Counted from the stretch's first letter, positions 25,743 through 40,431 are shown. The stretch is DNA of 64,000 bases from Mobula hypostoma (GCF_963921235.1 NC_086118.1:21516001-21580000); one strand, 5' to 3'. The notes: generated by a model not told the origin, from the sequence alone. Made by a program: numbers and translations.

Positions 25743-28359
25743 CTCCTAGCATTACCAGGACTTTATGGAACTAGATTTGGAACAACTTTAAGTTAACTTC
25801 CAGATTGGATGCCATAGAACATAGAATAGAACAGCATAGTACAGGTCCTCTGGCTTATGATGTTGTGCCAATTGCTTACCCTATTCTAAGATCCATTAAC
25901 CCTTCCCTCCCACACAACCCACTATGTCATGTCATTTGTCATCATTGACATTCGAGGATAATTCAGTCCCCATTTGAAGCCTCAACCACTGCCATTATGT
26001 TATATTATAGTCAACCCACTTTATGCGAATTGGGACAAAGTTGTGTGGAATTCATCTACAGGGCAGAGTGGGCGAGTGGTGTAAATCTGGAAAGTTACAA
26101 TTCCACTGCAGCTACTAGAATGTGATGACAATGTGAAGTTTATGCAACTGTCTACATTAAAAATATTGTCATGGAAATCTCCATTGCAAAAAGTTGGTCC
26201 ACAAAGAAATAATTTTTTAAAAATAAATTACGGTTTGCATTGTCAGTTTCTTCAGTGAACAATATCATGTGGGGACTGAATTTTTTAAACATGGGAACAC
26301 TCATTTTAAGCCTTTTGCATGATTGGGTAATTACTACCACAACAAATAAAAAACATACAAAGGTAGCAGGATTTTTAGGTACAGAAAAGCTTGACTTCTA
26401 AAATTCTGACATCTTCTGTGAAGCAAGGCGAAACACTAATCCTTCTGCAAATGTGTACCATCAAAAATGTTTGATACATAGCATCCTTTGGGATAGAGCC
26501 TCCTACATTCCTTCAAGATTGTGTGACAAGGGCAAAGATAATTGATGATACCTTCTCACTAAATTTATAGCAATTCCCTCCTGAGAAAGTTAGTGAGCAG
26601 TGAAGCTATATTTCAAGTACTGTTTAATGACCTAATAAATTTGAAGAGCTTTTCCTAAAACACTTCCACCAGCTGCACTCTATACCACTTCCCTCCAATC
26701 ACATCCATTATGATTATTCTAACATGACACATCAAGATTTTGTATAAAACATTGTTTTGTATATGAAAGAATACGGAATTCCCATTTAACTCATGTTTAA
26801 AGAAAAAAAGAGGACTTCTTTTTTCAGGCATACTGATAATCTTTTATGTTTTCAGATTAAACATGAACCTGCAACTATTTTGTATGTTATTTTCAAATAG
26901 TCGAGTTAAATTAAAATCTCAAATAAAATTGCATAACTTTCTCACTTGCTATCTCTAAGTGTCGCAATTCTCTAATATCTAAGCAGTAAGATTTTCCTTC
27001 CACTCAATATACTTTGTGTAATTCAATCTAAACTATTAATAGTTCCCATCTGAGCTTGAATGTGTACCCTGCTATTGTGCAGTTAGCAAATATCAAACAT
27101 ATTGAGAGTGTTTAGTCTAAATATACCCTTTGGGATATTGAGATTTCGAGAAAATCCCCCTGTTATGATTTGAACAGGAACCACATACTTCTTCTCACAT
27201 TCCAATGCAAAAGATTACTTCTCCAGAGAAGTCTACTCTATACGCATGGTGATGAAGGAGGCAGCATGTGTTGGGTGAACAATAAGTCCATTTACTGGAA
27301 ACTATAAATCCTGATCTTTCAAACTGTATAAATAATATTCTGACCTGATATATGTCTCAGACTACAAACTATAGGTCAAGGTTATTGAGTAAAGTTAACA
27401 GAAACAAAAAAACAATGGCGTACAGAAAAATCATTGTTTCACTAATCTATAGTTATACAATCAAACCTCTCAGAGTTCTGGTCTTTGCAGATTACTTTGA
27501 TACTTTGGAGCAATATCCACTGTGTGAATTTTATATGTGAAATTAGATACTTACTACATTCTCTATTAGCACCAGCTCATTCCAGGTTCCTGATGGAGCA
27601 GAGATTAATCTTTACTTTCAATCATGTCAGAGTTACAAAGTTTACCTAGGAAATTGTATATCCACAGACAACTCAACTTACTTCAGCTAGCGGTAGAAAA
27701 GGGATTGATTGCAATCCTTTTCCAAAGAATAAGCAACATACTGCTTGACTTGGAGACCAAACTCACAAATAAACAAATCATAAATCACAATATCATCCTA
27801 TTAAAATTTGTCAATCATTATAGAGATCAGCAAACACCCAAATGCAAACACTAATACTTCAATAAAACAAATAACAATCAACACTTCTTTTAGAACAGTC
27901 AAGGATCTTTGAAGAGGCAACCATAAAAGTAGAGGACAGGTCTAGCTGTTGGTAATCCTTCCTGCCTTTGGTTACACAGTTGCCCACTCCAGTCATTAAC
28001 TTGGAGGGCTCATTTTTCCCCCAGGAAAGAGAAACAAACACAACTGAAAGAATCAATTGTAATAGATAGCTGTTAAATTAAAACTATTAAAGACAATTTA
28101 AAATTGTCATGCACTGACCACCGTCACGGGTCACATAAAAAAACGAGTGCTTCTATTGTGAATAAACTAGATTAAGAATCAGAATTAGATTTATTATCAC
28201 TAATAGATAACTGTTGATTTACAGCATTTATTACAATGCAAACAAAATTTCAAAATTAAGCAAGTAGTGCCAAAAAACATCAGAATAGTGAGGACTCAGC
28301 AGAAGTCCGATAGCAGTGAAAAAGAACCAGGAAACATTGAAAGAAAAATCAGCAGGTTC

Positions 28360-28760
28360 GGGAGCAGCTGTGGTTCGGGAGTTCCAGGAATTATGAAGGA
28401 GCGATGCCTCAGAAAGGTGGCATGTCATTAAGGACCCCCATCACCCAGGACATACCCAGTCGTCACTGCTGCCATCAGGAAGGAGGTATAGGAGCCTGAA
28501 GGCACACACTCAGTGACTCAGGAACAGCTTCTTCACTTTGCCATCCAATTTCTGAATGGACATTGAACCCATGAACACTACTTTTTAATTTTTATTTTTG
28601 CACTACTTATTTAATTTAACTATTTAATATATACATATATACTTACAGTAATTCTAAGCTTTTTTCTTTCTTTATTATTATGTATTGCTTTGCTCTGCTG
28701 CCACAAGGGCAACAAGTTTCACGACATAATATACTAAACCTGATTCTGATTCTGATTCTG
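28360..28760 (+). mobile_element. Rex-type LINE 3' fragment
   Basis: Encodes KDPHHPGH..LLPSGRRYRSL; (CTGATT)n tail. Confidence 0.8.
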
Positions 28761-31408
28761 GGTTAATGTTTAAAGTCTGAGCCCAATAAGTCTCAGAACT
28801 AAGAGCGAGACAGCTAGTTAAGGCAGCAGAGAGGATGGGGGAGAGCAGAGGGTGGAACAAAGGGCATTTCTCTGAATTAAGGTTGTTTCTGTAATGAAAG
28901 ATCCCCGACCTGAAGCATAAAATATTTTTCTTTTTACAGATGCTGCCTGGCCTGCTGTATTTTCCAGCATTTTCTGTTTTCATTTCAGATTTCCCGCATC
29001 TGCTGATTTTCCTGATGAAGGGTCTCGGCCCGAAACGCCTACTGTACCTCTTCCTGGCCTGCTGCATTCACCAGCACTTTTTTTGTGTGTTGCTTGAATT
29101 TACAGCATCTGCAGATTTCCTTGTGTTTGATTTTTTTTTTCACTTACATTGCATGGTCTTGAACGGGTATCAGTTTCAATACTCTAAGGTGGGTAATCTC
29201 TGCTGGGCCTAGTCGACTTCCTTCAGTAAAGTGATAAAGTTTGCAGCTTCTACTTTAGCTACCTACTGAAGCTTATTGGTGACTTAAAGACAGATACAGT
29301 CATAAGTATTCCTGGTGGATGTACAAGATTTCAAGGAATAGATGAAATAGTTGGTCAAAATTAAGAGCAATAAAATTCTCTGTAGGAAAATGTGAGTTCA
29401 TTCACTTTGGACCTAAAAAGTATAAGGATGAATGATTTTTACATAATATTACAGCTAGAAGTAGTGGGAGGCCCAAATAAGTTTGTCCTATCCAAAGGCA
29501 TTGGGATCTCCAAAGATGTAACACAATGAAGAAAAGCCCATGTATGTAGCTGAAGCTTGTAGTTTCTAATATGATAGAGCTATCTACAGAGAAATTCCCC
29601 TTATTGTAATACATAATACAGCTGCTGTACCAGAGACACACTAAACAAATGCCACAAACAACATTAGACGAGAACATCACAAGGCCAAGTCACCACATGA
29701 AGCAAAAACCACACTCTGATCAAAAATACCCTTGAAGTATACTACTTGAGAGCACAGAACCAAATAATTGGCGTTCACATAGTGTCATAATTCAGAAAAA
29801 TGTGATGAAGTGTTTTTACAGTGGAGTGAGCCAATTGAGGAGCAGGTTGTCCAATCGTTTGATTGAAGATTAAGCAGAGAATAATTTCAGAATGTGGGGC
29901 TCATGCAGTTAACGTTATTCATCAGATCAATACAGGGCAAGGGGCTGGAGTCAGTGTTAAAAACTATTGGACTGTAAGAATTTGGCAAGATGGGGAGGCC
30001 AAAGCTGCAAAGGTACTTAAATAGATGGCTGAGGATTTTAGATGAGGCAACTGAAGCTGGTTGTGCTCACTCTGACCTGGATTGACCAGCCCTAACCCGG
30101 GATCGTGTCTGAGTCCAAACACCCTTGATCTACCCATTTTGGACTGGTGATGGAAAGGGCAAAACTATGAGAAGCTTCATATGTGGTCAAACGAATCCAG
30201 AATACCAAAGCTCATGACATTTCACAAATGTATGAGCAAACAGCATAAAGATATTGACACAACTTAAACACATTAAAAGGCAATAAACATAAAGAACACC
30301 ATCCACAGCTTAGAAAGAGAATACGACTACATACAGATGTTCTGGAACTGCCTTTGTATTAAAACATGTGTTGATGAGCAGAAATTAACTGGAACATTTC
30401 TGCGAATGCTAAACTACTTAAGTTAATTGTGAGTTTCTGAATAACCACTGTTTTATGTTCAATCTATGATGTTTGTAGTACTATTGTTATTAAAAATTCT
30501 GCTTTTCTACATTCATGTGGCATTGCTTGCATACGTTTCACAGGGGTGAAGAAACCTGACCCAAGATAGCTGGAACATTATAAAAAGTCCAAAACAAGAG
30601 CAGAAACCTGATTTTCCTTATGATGTATTTCTCTTAAATAAAAGGAAGACGACTTTTCTGGCAAACTCTTAAGAAAATGTAAATTATCCGTCGATTGGGA
30701 AAGCAACATTTGGGAATTTACATTGTACATTGTCTTTTCTATGCAGTAACAGCTGTTATCTCTTTTGAATATCTGTCATTAAAAGGCAGTACCAGTCATA
30801 CGACGCTGTGTTAACAAAGTGTCCACATGCTGAAATAGCAAATGTTTAGCTAACTGCCCAAAGTTGATGCACTCCAAATAAAGCTGACATGATGATCTTC
30901 ATTCTCATCCACACCATGGCTGCATATAACCTTCTCCATGGCAACCATAATGCCGATCGCAGACTACCACCTTGTTAACGACTTCTCATGATGTCATCCC
31001 CTTCAATAGCTCAAGAGAAAATGATTTGAAAGTTTGCTTTTCGATAGACCAGGGGAATAATCAGAACAGGCCGTTCTCAGGCCAGGAGGTTGAGACTTGC
31101 AGTGTGAGCAGTAAGTTAAAGGATGAGGATATGATAGTCAGCACACAGGCCTAGGGATTGAGCAATGCAGTCAATGGTAGCTTTAATGAAATGTTGTCAA
31201 GGGACCAAATCTGAAGCATGTTTCAGTTTAAGTTGAGTCTATTGTCATGTGCACAAGTACGATAAAATAATTACAAAGGAAAACTGCTTGTAGCAACACA
31301 CAATGTAAATTATACATAGAATTATACATGCAGGGAAAACAAGTCTGCAAAAGCAAGATCTTTGTGCAAAGAAAAACACATAAATATTCTATCTTTATTC
31401 TATCTATT

Positions 31409-33485
31409 TTTGGCAAAAGAATAAGTCAAGGAAGGTAGTGCACCCGTGGTTGACAAGAGAAATTAGGGATAGTATCAATTCCAAAGAAGAGGCATACAAA
31501 TTAGCCAGAAAAAGTGGCTCACCTGAGGACTGGGAGAAATTCGGAGTTCAGCAGAGGAGGGCAAAGGGCTTAATTAGGATGGGGAAAAAAGATTATGAGA
31601 GAAAACTGGCAGGGAACATAAAAACTGACTGTAAAAGCTTTTATAGATATGTAAAAAGAAAAAGACTGGTAAAGACAAATGTAGGTCCCCTACAGACAGA
31701 AACAGGTGAATTAATTATGGGGAGCAAGGACATGGCAGACCAATTGAATAATTACTTTGGTTCTGTCTTCACTAAGGAGGACATAAATAATCTTCCAGAA
31801 ATAGTAGGGGACAGAGGGTCCAGTGAGATGGAGGAACTGAGCAAAATACATGTTAGTAGGGAAGTGGTGTTGGGTAAATTGAAGGGATTAAAGGCAGATA
31901 AATCCCCAGGGCCAGATGGTCTGCATCCCAGAGTGCTTAAGGAAGTAGCCCAAGAAATAGTGGATGCATTAGTGATAATTTTTCAAAACTCGTTAGATTC
32001 TGGACTAGTTCCTGAGGATTGGAGGGTGGCTAATGTAACCCCACTTTTTAAAAAAGGAGGGAGAGAGAAACCGGGGAATTATAGACCGGTTAGCCTAATG
32101 TCGGTGGTGGGGAAACTGCTGGAGTCAGTTATCAAAGATGTGATAACAGCACATTTGGAAAGCGGTGAAATCATCGGACAAAGTCAGCATGGATTTGTGA
32201 AAGGAAAATCATGTCTGACGAATCTCATAGAATTTTTTGAGGATGTAACTAGTAGAGTGGATAGGGGAGAACCAGTGGATGTGGTATATTTGGATTTTCA
32301 AAAGGCTTTTGACAAGGTCCCACACAGGAGATTAGTGTGCAAACTTAAAGCACACGGTATTGGGGGTAAGGTATTGATGTGGATAGAGAATTGGCTAGCA
32401 GACAGGAAGCAAAGAGTGGGAATAAACGGGACCTTTTCAGAATGGCAGGCAGTGACTAGTGGGGTACTGCAAGGCTCAGTGCTGGGACCCCAGTTGTTTA
32501 CAATATATATTAATGACTTGGATGAGGGAATTAAATGCAGCATCTCCAAGTTTGCGGATGACACGAAGCTGGGTGGCAGTGTTAGCTGTGAGGAGGATGC
32601 TAAGAGGATGCAGGGTGACTTGGATAGGTTGGGTGAGTGGGCAAATTCATGGCAGACGCAATTTAATGTGGATAAATGTGAAGTTATCCACTTTGGTGGC
32701 AAAAATAGGAAAACAGATTATTATCTGAATGGTGGCCGATTAGGAAAAGGGGAGGTGCAACGAGACCTGGGTGTCATTATACACCAGTCATTGAAAGTGG
32801 GCATGCAGGTACAGCAGGCGGTGAAAAAGGCAAATGGTATGCTGGCATTTATAGCGAGAGGATTCGAGTACAGGAGCAGGGAGGTACTACTGCAGTTGTA
32901 CAAGGCCTTGGTGAGACCACACCTGGAGTACTGTGTGCAGTTTTGGTCCCCTAATCTGAGGAAAGACATCTTTGCCATAGAGGGAGTACAAAGAAGGTTC
33001 ACCAGATTGATTCCTGGGATGGCAGGACTTTCATGTGAAGAAAGACTGGATGAACTGGGCTTGCACTCGTTGGAATTTAGAAGATTGAGGGGGATCTGAT
33101 TGAAACATATAAAATCCTAAAGGGATTGGACAGGCTAGATGCAGGAAGATTGTTCCCGATGTTGGGGAAGTCCAGAACGAGGGGTCACAGTTTGAGGATA
33201 GAGGGGAAGCCTTTTAGGACCGAGATTAGGAAAAACTTCTTCACACAGAGAGTGGTGAATCTGTGGAATTCTGTGCCACAGGAAGCAGTTGAGGCCAGTT
33301 CATTGGCTATATTTAAGAGGGAGTTAGATATGGCCCTTGTGGCTACGGGGATCAGGGGGTATGGAGGGAAGGCTGGTGCAGGGTTCTGAGTTGGATGATC
33401 AGCATGATCGTAATAAATGGCGGTGCAGGCTCGAAGGGCCGAATGGCCTACTCCTGCACCTATTTTCTATGTTTCTATGTTTCTA
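31409..33485 (+). mobile_element. Young 5'-truncated CR1 LINE (ORF2 RT part)
   Basis: 553-aa open stretch at 31438-33099 with KSPGPDG, NYRPVSL, YLDFQKAFDKVPH, QGSVLGP, KFADDTK; single 1-bp loss in the G-run near 33090; (TTTCTATG)n tail. Confidence 0.97.
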
Positions 33486-35214
33486 TATATACTGTATGTA
33501 ATTGTATAATGTATTCTATACTAGCAATAAGATAAAAAATCTGCTTGGAGACTTAATTTGGGTGTTAAAAAAAGAGCAACAAGTGAAATATGTACACATT
33601 GTGCAGGAGAAATGGCTGTAAGGCCTGATCTTTGTAAATCTGCTTCTTTGAAAGATTCTGAAGGTAGGAGATCCAGCACTTAGAGCCTCATCAGGGGAAC
33701 CAGCAGACCAAGCATCTCCGTAGAAATATGGCACTTGTCAATGACAAATCAAACACCCTGCTCTACATAAACTATAGTTCAGCAAGGCCATGTCTGGTCA
33801 GAGCAATTGGGAAATTTACTTTGGGTTTGATTTAAATAACCACACACACCCACCCCCCAGACACACACACCTCCCATGAAGATAAAACGCCAATTTTAAA
33901 TTCTGGACCTAGAAAATGGATCTTTTGGCAACTTTTTAAAAAATGTGTAAGTCCTGTGTTAAAGTGATTTAATCTGCATTAGATCATGCCAACAATTATT
34001 TCCATATGAAATTCTGCCCAGTGGGAAATTAGATTAGGCAGCTTTGTTGCTTTTGCCTTAGTATGTCTGATGTTTCTCTAGAGTTTGGCATGAACCCATT
34101 GACCTCACAAGTCATACAAATGACATTTCCTTCTATAGCAACATAAACTGGATTTACTGTATAAGGTGCAACCTTTGCCTGTTGGTTAACAATGAGGAAT
34201 TCAAAATGAACCCCTTTTGCTTTTATATCCGTTCAGACTGATGCTCTGCTGACATTGGTTTACTCGATATAACAGCTTTAGAACTGACTACAAGTGCATC
34301 AAGATTACACTAACTGAGGAGTGATTTCATTCAACACTAAGCCCCTGAGGTGTTCACCTAATGGCTATCTCAGTGATGACATCAGTAATGATCTGAAATG
34401 TTGACTATTCCATTTCCCTTCACAGGTTTTGCCTGATCCGTTGAGTTCTCCAGAATCTTGTTTGTTGTTCCAGATTATAATTTCTGCTATCTCTTGTGTC
34501 TCCATTAACATGGCAATGATTGGCTAGTCAGAGATATCAAGGAATAAAGTTAAGAAATGTCATCTGTAAGGAGACCATATCCACAGAGTCTTCATAAAAA
34601 CCTGGACTCCTCCAGTGAACAATGTGTTAATAGGTTTAGGTTTTCCATGGTTGTCAGTACTGACTTCCTACAGGGAGGTCTTCATCAAAGTCTTGTGTCT
34701 GGATAGCTACCAATGTGAAAGTCAAGTTCATATTGACCTGCAGAGTTCTAATTTCAAGATGGAAGTCTGTCATGTCTGACAATTTGCTGCTCACCAGTGA
34801 ATCAGACAGATCACCAGTCCTGTGCTTACATGGAGATATGTAACTTTCCTCTGGCACAGAGTGTTGCCTTCCTATGAGTACAGGCAGCCACTGACTTCAC
34901 TCAAGTGCTACAATGGATTCCGTTAATGACCCTGCTCTTTGCATCACCGGCAATAGTTTCCATTGCCTCAATATTCAGGGGGTGCTGAATCACAAGAAAG
35001 CGTCCTTGAACGTTTCTGGAAAGCTCACATGGTGCGTCCAGCCTCAGGGAGAGCAAACTGCCAGAATGATTCAGAATGGTTCTAAATGGTCCATGAACCC
35101 ATCAATGCTACTTCGTTATTCCTCTTTTGCACTTTTTTTTGGTAACTTATAGAAATTTTATGTCTTGCACTGGTACTTCTGCAAGAAAACAATAAATTTC
35201 ATGACATACAGTAT

Positions 35215-35545
35215 GTCATGAAGGATCCCCCATCATCGAGGATGTGCTCAGTTCTCATTGCTACCTTCAGAGAGGGGGGTAAGGAGCCAGAAGGCACACA
35301 TTCAGTGATTCAGGAACAGCTTCTTCCCTGCTGACATCTGATTTCTGAATGAACATTCAACCCATGAACACTACCTCACTACATTTTAATTTTCATTTTT
35401 GCACTACTTATTTAATTTAACTATTTACTTACTGTAATTCACACTTTTCTCTATTATTATGTATTGCATTGCACAGCTGTCGCAAAGACAACAAATTTCT
35501 CAATGTATCCCAGTGATATTAAAGCTGATTCTGATTCTGATATTA
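35215..35545 (+). mobile_element. Rex-type LINE 3' fragment
   Basis: Same 3' region and (CTGATT)n tail as 28360-28760. Confidence 0.75.
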
Positions 35546-35832
35546 AGGTACATACCTTGCACGGCCAGCGTTATGTGGAGGTATGGATCCTGCGGACGAG
35601 AGCTACTCTCTGCACCCCATGCCCCTTTCAACATAAAATCATAGAGCTGTACAGAATAAGACCAGGCTCTTTGGCATACTGTACATATCAATGCTGACCA
35701 TCACATCTATCTATAATACCCGCCTGCACTAATTCTATATCCCTCTATAACCTGCTCATTCAAGTTCCAGACAAGAAGCCTCTTAAATATTGTCATTGTT
35801 CCTGATTCCAACACCTCCCTTAGCAGCACATT

Positions 35833-38800
35833 CATAGAAACATAGAAAATAGGTGCAGGAGTAGGCCATTCGGCCCTTCGAGCCTGCACCGCCATTTATT
35901 ATGATCATGGCTGATCATCCAACTCAGAACCCCGCCCCAGCCTTCCCTCCATACCCCCTGATCCCCGTAGCCACAAGGGCCATATCTAACTCCCTTGTAA
36001 ACATAGCCAATGAACTGGCCTCAACAGTTTCCTGTGGCACAGAATTCCACAGATTCACCACTCTCTGTGTGAAGAAGTTTTTCCTAATCTCGGTCCTAAA
36101 AGGCTTCCCCTCTATCCTCAAACTGTGACCCCTCGTTCTGGACTTCCCCAACATCGGGAACAATCTTTCTGCATCCAGCCTGTCCAATCCCTTTAGGATC
36201 TTATACGTTTCAATCAGATCCCCCCTCAATCTTCTAAATTCCAACGAGTACAAGCCCAGTTCATCCAGTCTTTCTTCATATGAAAGTCCTGCCATCCCAG
36301 GAATCAATCTGGTGAACCTTCTTTGTACTCCCTCTATGGCAAAGATGTCTTTCCTCAGATTAGGGGACCAAAACTGCACACAGTACTCCAGGTGTGGTCT
36401 CACCAAGGCCTTGTACAACTGCAGTAGTACCTCCCTGCTCCTGTACTCGAATCCTCTCGCTATAAATGCCAGCATACCATTTGCCTTTTTCACCGCCTGC
36501 TGTACCTGCATGCCCACTTTCAATGACTGGTGTATAATGACACCCAGGTCTCGTTGCACCTCCCCTTTTCCTAATCGGCCACCATTCAGATAATAATCTG
36601 TTTTCCTATTTTTGCCACCAAAGTGGATAACTTCACATTTATCCACATTAAATTGCGTCTGCCATGAATTTGCCCACTCACCCAACCTATCCAAGTCACC
36701 CTGCATCCTCTTAGCATCCTCCTCACAGCTAACACTGCCACCCAGCTTCGTGTCATCCGCAAACTTGGAGATGCTGCATTTAATTCCCTCATCCAAGTCA
36801 TTAATATATATTGTAAACAACTGAGGTCCCAGCACTGAGCCTTGCGTTACCCCACTAGTCACCGCCTGCCATTCTGAAAAGGTCCCGTTTATTCCCACTC
36901 TTTGCTTCCTGTCTGCTAACCAATTCTCCACCCACACCTATACCTTACCCCCAATACTGTGTGCTTTAAGTTTGCACACTAATCTCCTGTGTGGGACCTT
37001 GTCAAAAGCCTTTTGAAAATCCAAATATACCACATCCACTGGTTCTCCCCTATCCACTCTACTAGTTACATCCTCAAAAAATTCTATGAGATTCGTCAGA
37101 CATGATTTTCCTTTCACAAATCCATGCTGACTTTGTCCGATCATTTCACCACTTTCCAAATGTGCTGTTATCACATCTTTGATAACTGACTCCAGCAGTT
37201 TCCCCACCACCGACGTTAGGCTAACCGGTCTATAATTCCCCGGTTTCTCTCTCCCTCCTTTTTTAAAAAGTGGGGTTACATTAGCCACCCTCCAATCCTC
37301 AGGAACTAGTCCAGAATCTAACGAGTTTTGAAAAATTATCACTAATGCATCCACTATTTCTTGGGCTACTTCCTTAAGCACTCTAGGATGCAGACCATCT
37401 GGCCCTGGGGATTTATCTGCCTTCAATCCCTTCAATTTACCTAACACCACTTCCCTACTAACATGTATTTCACTCAGTTCCTCCATCTCACTGGACCCTC
37501 TGTCCCTTACTATTTCTGGAAGATTATTTATGTCCTCCTTAGTGAAGACAGAACCAAAGTAATTATTCAATTGGTCTGCCATGTCCTTGCTCCCCATAAT
37601 CAATTCACCTGTTTCTGTCTGCAGGGGACCTACATTTGTTTTTACCAGTCTTTTCCTTTTTACATATCTATAAAAGCTTTTACAGTCCGTTTTTATGTTC
37701 ACCGCCAGTTTTCTCTCATAATCTTTTTTCCCCTTCCTAATTAAGCCCTTTGTCCTCCTCTGCTGAACTCTGAATTTCTCCCAGTCCTCAGGTGAGCCAC
37801 TTTCTCTGGCTAATTTGTATGCTACTTCTTTGGAATTGATACTATCCCTAATTTCTCTTGTCAGCCACGGGTGCACTACCTTCCTTGATTTATTCTTTTG
37901 CCAAACTGGGATGAACAATTGTTGTAGTTCATCCATGCAACCTTTAAATGCTTGCCATTGCATATTCACCGTCAATCCTTTAAGTGTCATTTGCCAGTCT
38001 ATCTTAGCTAATTCACGTCTCATACCTTCAAAGTTACCCCTCTTTAAGTTCAGAACCTTTGTTTCTGAATTAACTATCTCACTCTCCAACTTAATGAAGA
38101 ATTCCACCATATTATGGTCACTCTTACCCAAGGGGCCTCTCACGACAAGATCGCTAATTAACCCTTCCTCATTGCTCAAAACCCAGTCCAGAATAGCCTG
38201 CTCTCTAGTTGGTTCCTCGACATGTTGGTTCAAAAAACCATCCCGCATACATTCCAAGAAATCCTCTTCCTCAACACCTTTACCAATTTGGTTCACCCAG
38301 TCTACATGTAGATTGAAGTCACCCATTATAACTGCTGTTCCTTTATTGCACACATTTCTAATTTCCTGTTTAATACCATCTCCGACCTCACTACTACTGT
38401 TAGGTGGCCTGTACACAACTCCCACCAGCGTCTTCTGCCCCTTAGTGTTACGCAGCTCTACCCATATCGATTCCACATCTTCCCGGCTTATGTCCTTCCT
38501 TTCTATTGCGTTATTCTCTTCTTTAACCAGCAATGCCACCCCACCTCCCCTTCCTTCATGTCTATCCCTCCTGAATATTGAATATCCCTGAACTTTGAGC
38601 TTCCATCCCTGGTCACCCTGGAGCCATGTCTCTGTGATCCCAACTATATCATAATCATTAATAACAATCTGCACTTTCAATTCATCCACCTTATTACGAA
38701 TGCTCCTTGCATTGACACATAAAGCCTTCAGGCGCTCTTTTACAACTTTCTTAGCCCTTATATAATTATGTTGAAAAGTGGCCCTTTTTAATGCTTGCCC

Positions 38801-39800
38801 TGGATTTGTCGGCCTGCCACTTTTACTTTTCTCCTTTGTACTTTTTGCTTCTACGCTCACTTTACACCCCTCTGTCTCTCTGCACTGGTTCCCATCCCTC
38901 TGTTGTGAACCAACCTCCTCACGCCTAGCCTCTTTAATTTGATTCCCACCCCCCAACCATTCTAGTTTAAAGTCACCTCAGTAGCCCCCGCTAATCTCCC
39001 TGCCAGGATATTGGTCCCCCTAGGATTCAAGTGTAACCCGTCCTTCTTGTATAGTCACGCCTGTGCCAAAAGAGGTCCCAATGATCCAAAAACTTGAATC
39101 CCTGCCCCCTGCTCCAATCCCTCAGCCACGCATTTATCCTCCACCTCATCGCATTCCTACTCTCACTGTCGCGTGGCACAGGCAGTAATCCCGAGATTAC
39201 TACCTTTGCGGTCCTTTTTCTCAACTCCCTTCCTAGCTCCCTATACTCTCCTTTCAGGACCTCATCCTTTTTCCTACCTATGTCATTGGTACCTATATGT
39301 ACCACGACCTCTGGCTCCTCACCCTCCCACTTCAGGATATCTTGGACACGATCAGAAATATCCTGGACCCTGGCACCAGGGAGGCAAACTACCATCCGGG
39401 TCTCTGGACTGTGTCCACAGAATCGCCTATCTGACCCCCTTACTATCGAGTCCCCTATCACAACTGCCCTCCTCTTCCTTGCCCTACCCTTCTGAGCTAC
39501 AGGGCCAGACTCTGTGCCGGAGGCACGGCCACTGTCGCTTCCCCCGGGTAAGCTGTCCCCCCCAACAGTACTCAAACAGGAGTACCTGTTGTTAAGGGGC
39601 ACAGCCACCGGGGTACTCCCCATCACCTGACTTTTCCCCTTCCCCCTCCTAACCGTGACCCACTTGTCTGCCTCCCGTGGCCCCGGCGTGACCACCTGCC
39701 TTCCACTCCTCTCTATCACCTCCTCGCTCTCCCTGACCAGACGAAGGTCATCGAGCTGCAGATCCAGTTCCGTAACGCGGTCCCTTAGGAGCTGCATCTC
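35833..39800 (-). mobile_element. Young near-full-length CR1 LINE (partial ORF1 esterase, ORF2 APE-RT), nested in an older CR1 tail
   Basis: ORF1 39027-39797 (VIGDSIVRG, CLPGARVQD, VHIGTND); ORF2 38956-35924 with APE and RT domains, broken only by a TAG at 36938-36940; older CR1 3' sequence on both flanks. Confidence 0.97.
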
Positions 39801-39944
39801 GATTCCTGATACTAGCTACACTGCATGAAAAATTTACCCCTAGATCTCCTTTAAACCTCCTCCCTCTCACCTTAAACTTATGCCCTGCTGTTTAAGACAT
39901 CTCTACCATGGGACAGACTCCTATCTGTGTACTTCATGAACCTC

Positions 39945-40431
39945 CACTTAGCGGCTACTTAACTAGGCACTCCCTGTACCTAATAAAGAGGCCACTGAGT
40001 GCTGATGGTGGTTTTCTGTGGCTCTAGCCCATCCACGTCAAGGTTTGATAGAAGTTCTTTTGCACACCACTGTTGTAATGTGTGGCCATTTGAGTTACTG
40101 TTGCCTTCCAGTCAGTTTGAACCGGTCTGACCTCTCTTAGTAGCAAGGCGTTTTCACCCACAGAACTGCCGCTGACTGGATTTTCATTTTGCTTTCCGCG
40201 CCATTCTCTGTAAACTCCAGAGGCTGTTGTGCGTGAAAATCCCAGGTGAGTAGTCCCAACATGGTTCTACGGTCAAATCGGTCACATTTCTTCCCCATTC
40301 TGATGTTTGGTCTGATCAACAACTGGCCATGCCTGCATGCGTTGAGTTGCAGCAGCCACAGCATAGGCTGATTAGATATCTACATCAATAAGCAGGTGTA
40401 CGGGTGTACCTAATAAAGTGGCCACAGAGTA
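39945..40431 (-). mobile_element. Tc1-like DNA transposon deletion derivative
   Basis: Right TIR GTACCTAATAAAGTGGCCAC.GAGT, degenerate left TIR, and an extra TIR copy at about 39977-40001; transposase N-terminal remnant MGKKCD..DR..LLGFSRTTASRVYREW. Confidence 0.75.

Noticed and set aside
34654..34857. Short ORFs in unique DNA (also 27859-28056 and 44003-44185)
   Set aside because: Lengths expected by chance, no recognisable domain, incomplete splice signals.
37815..38591. 258-aa plus-strand ORF and similar antisense ORFs (32298-32702, 39094-39595)
   Set aside because: Antisense shadows of CR1 ORFs with no independent motif.
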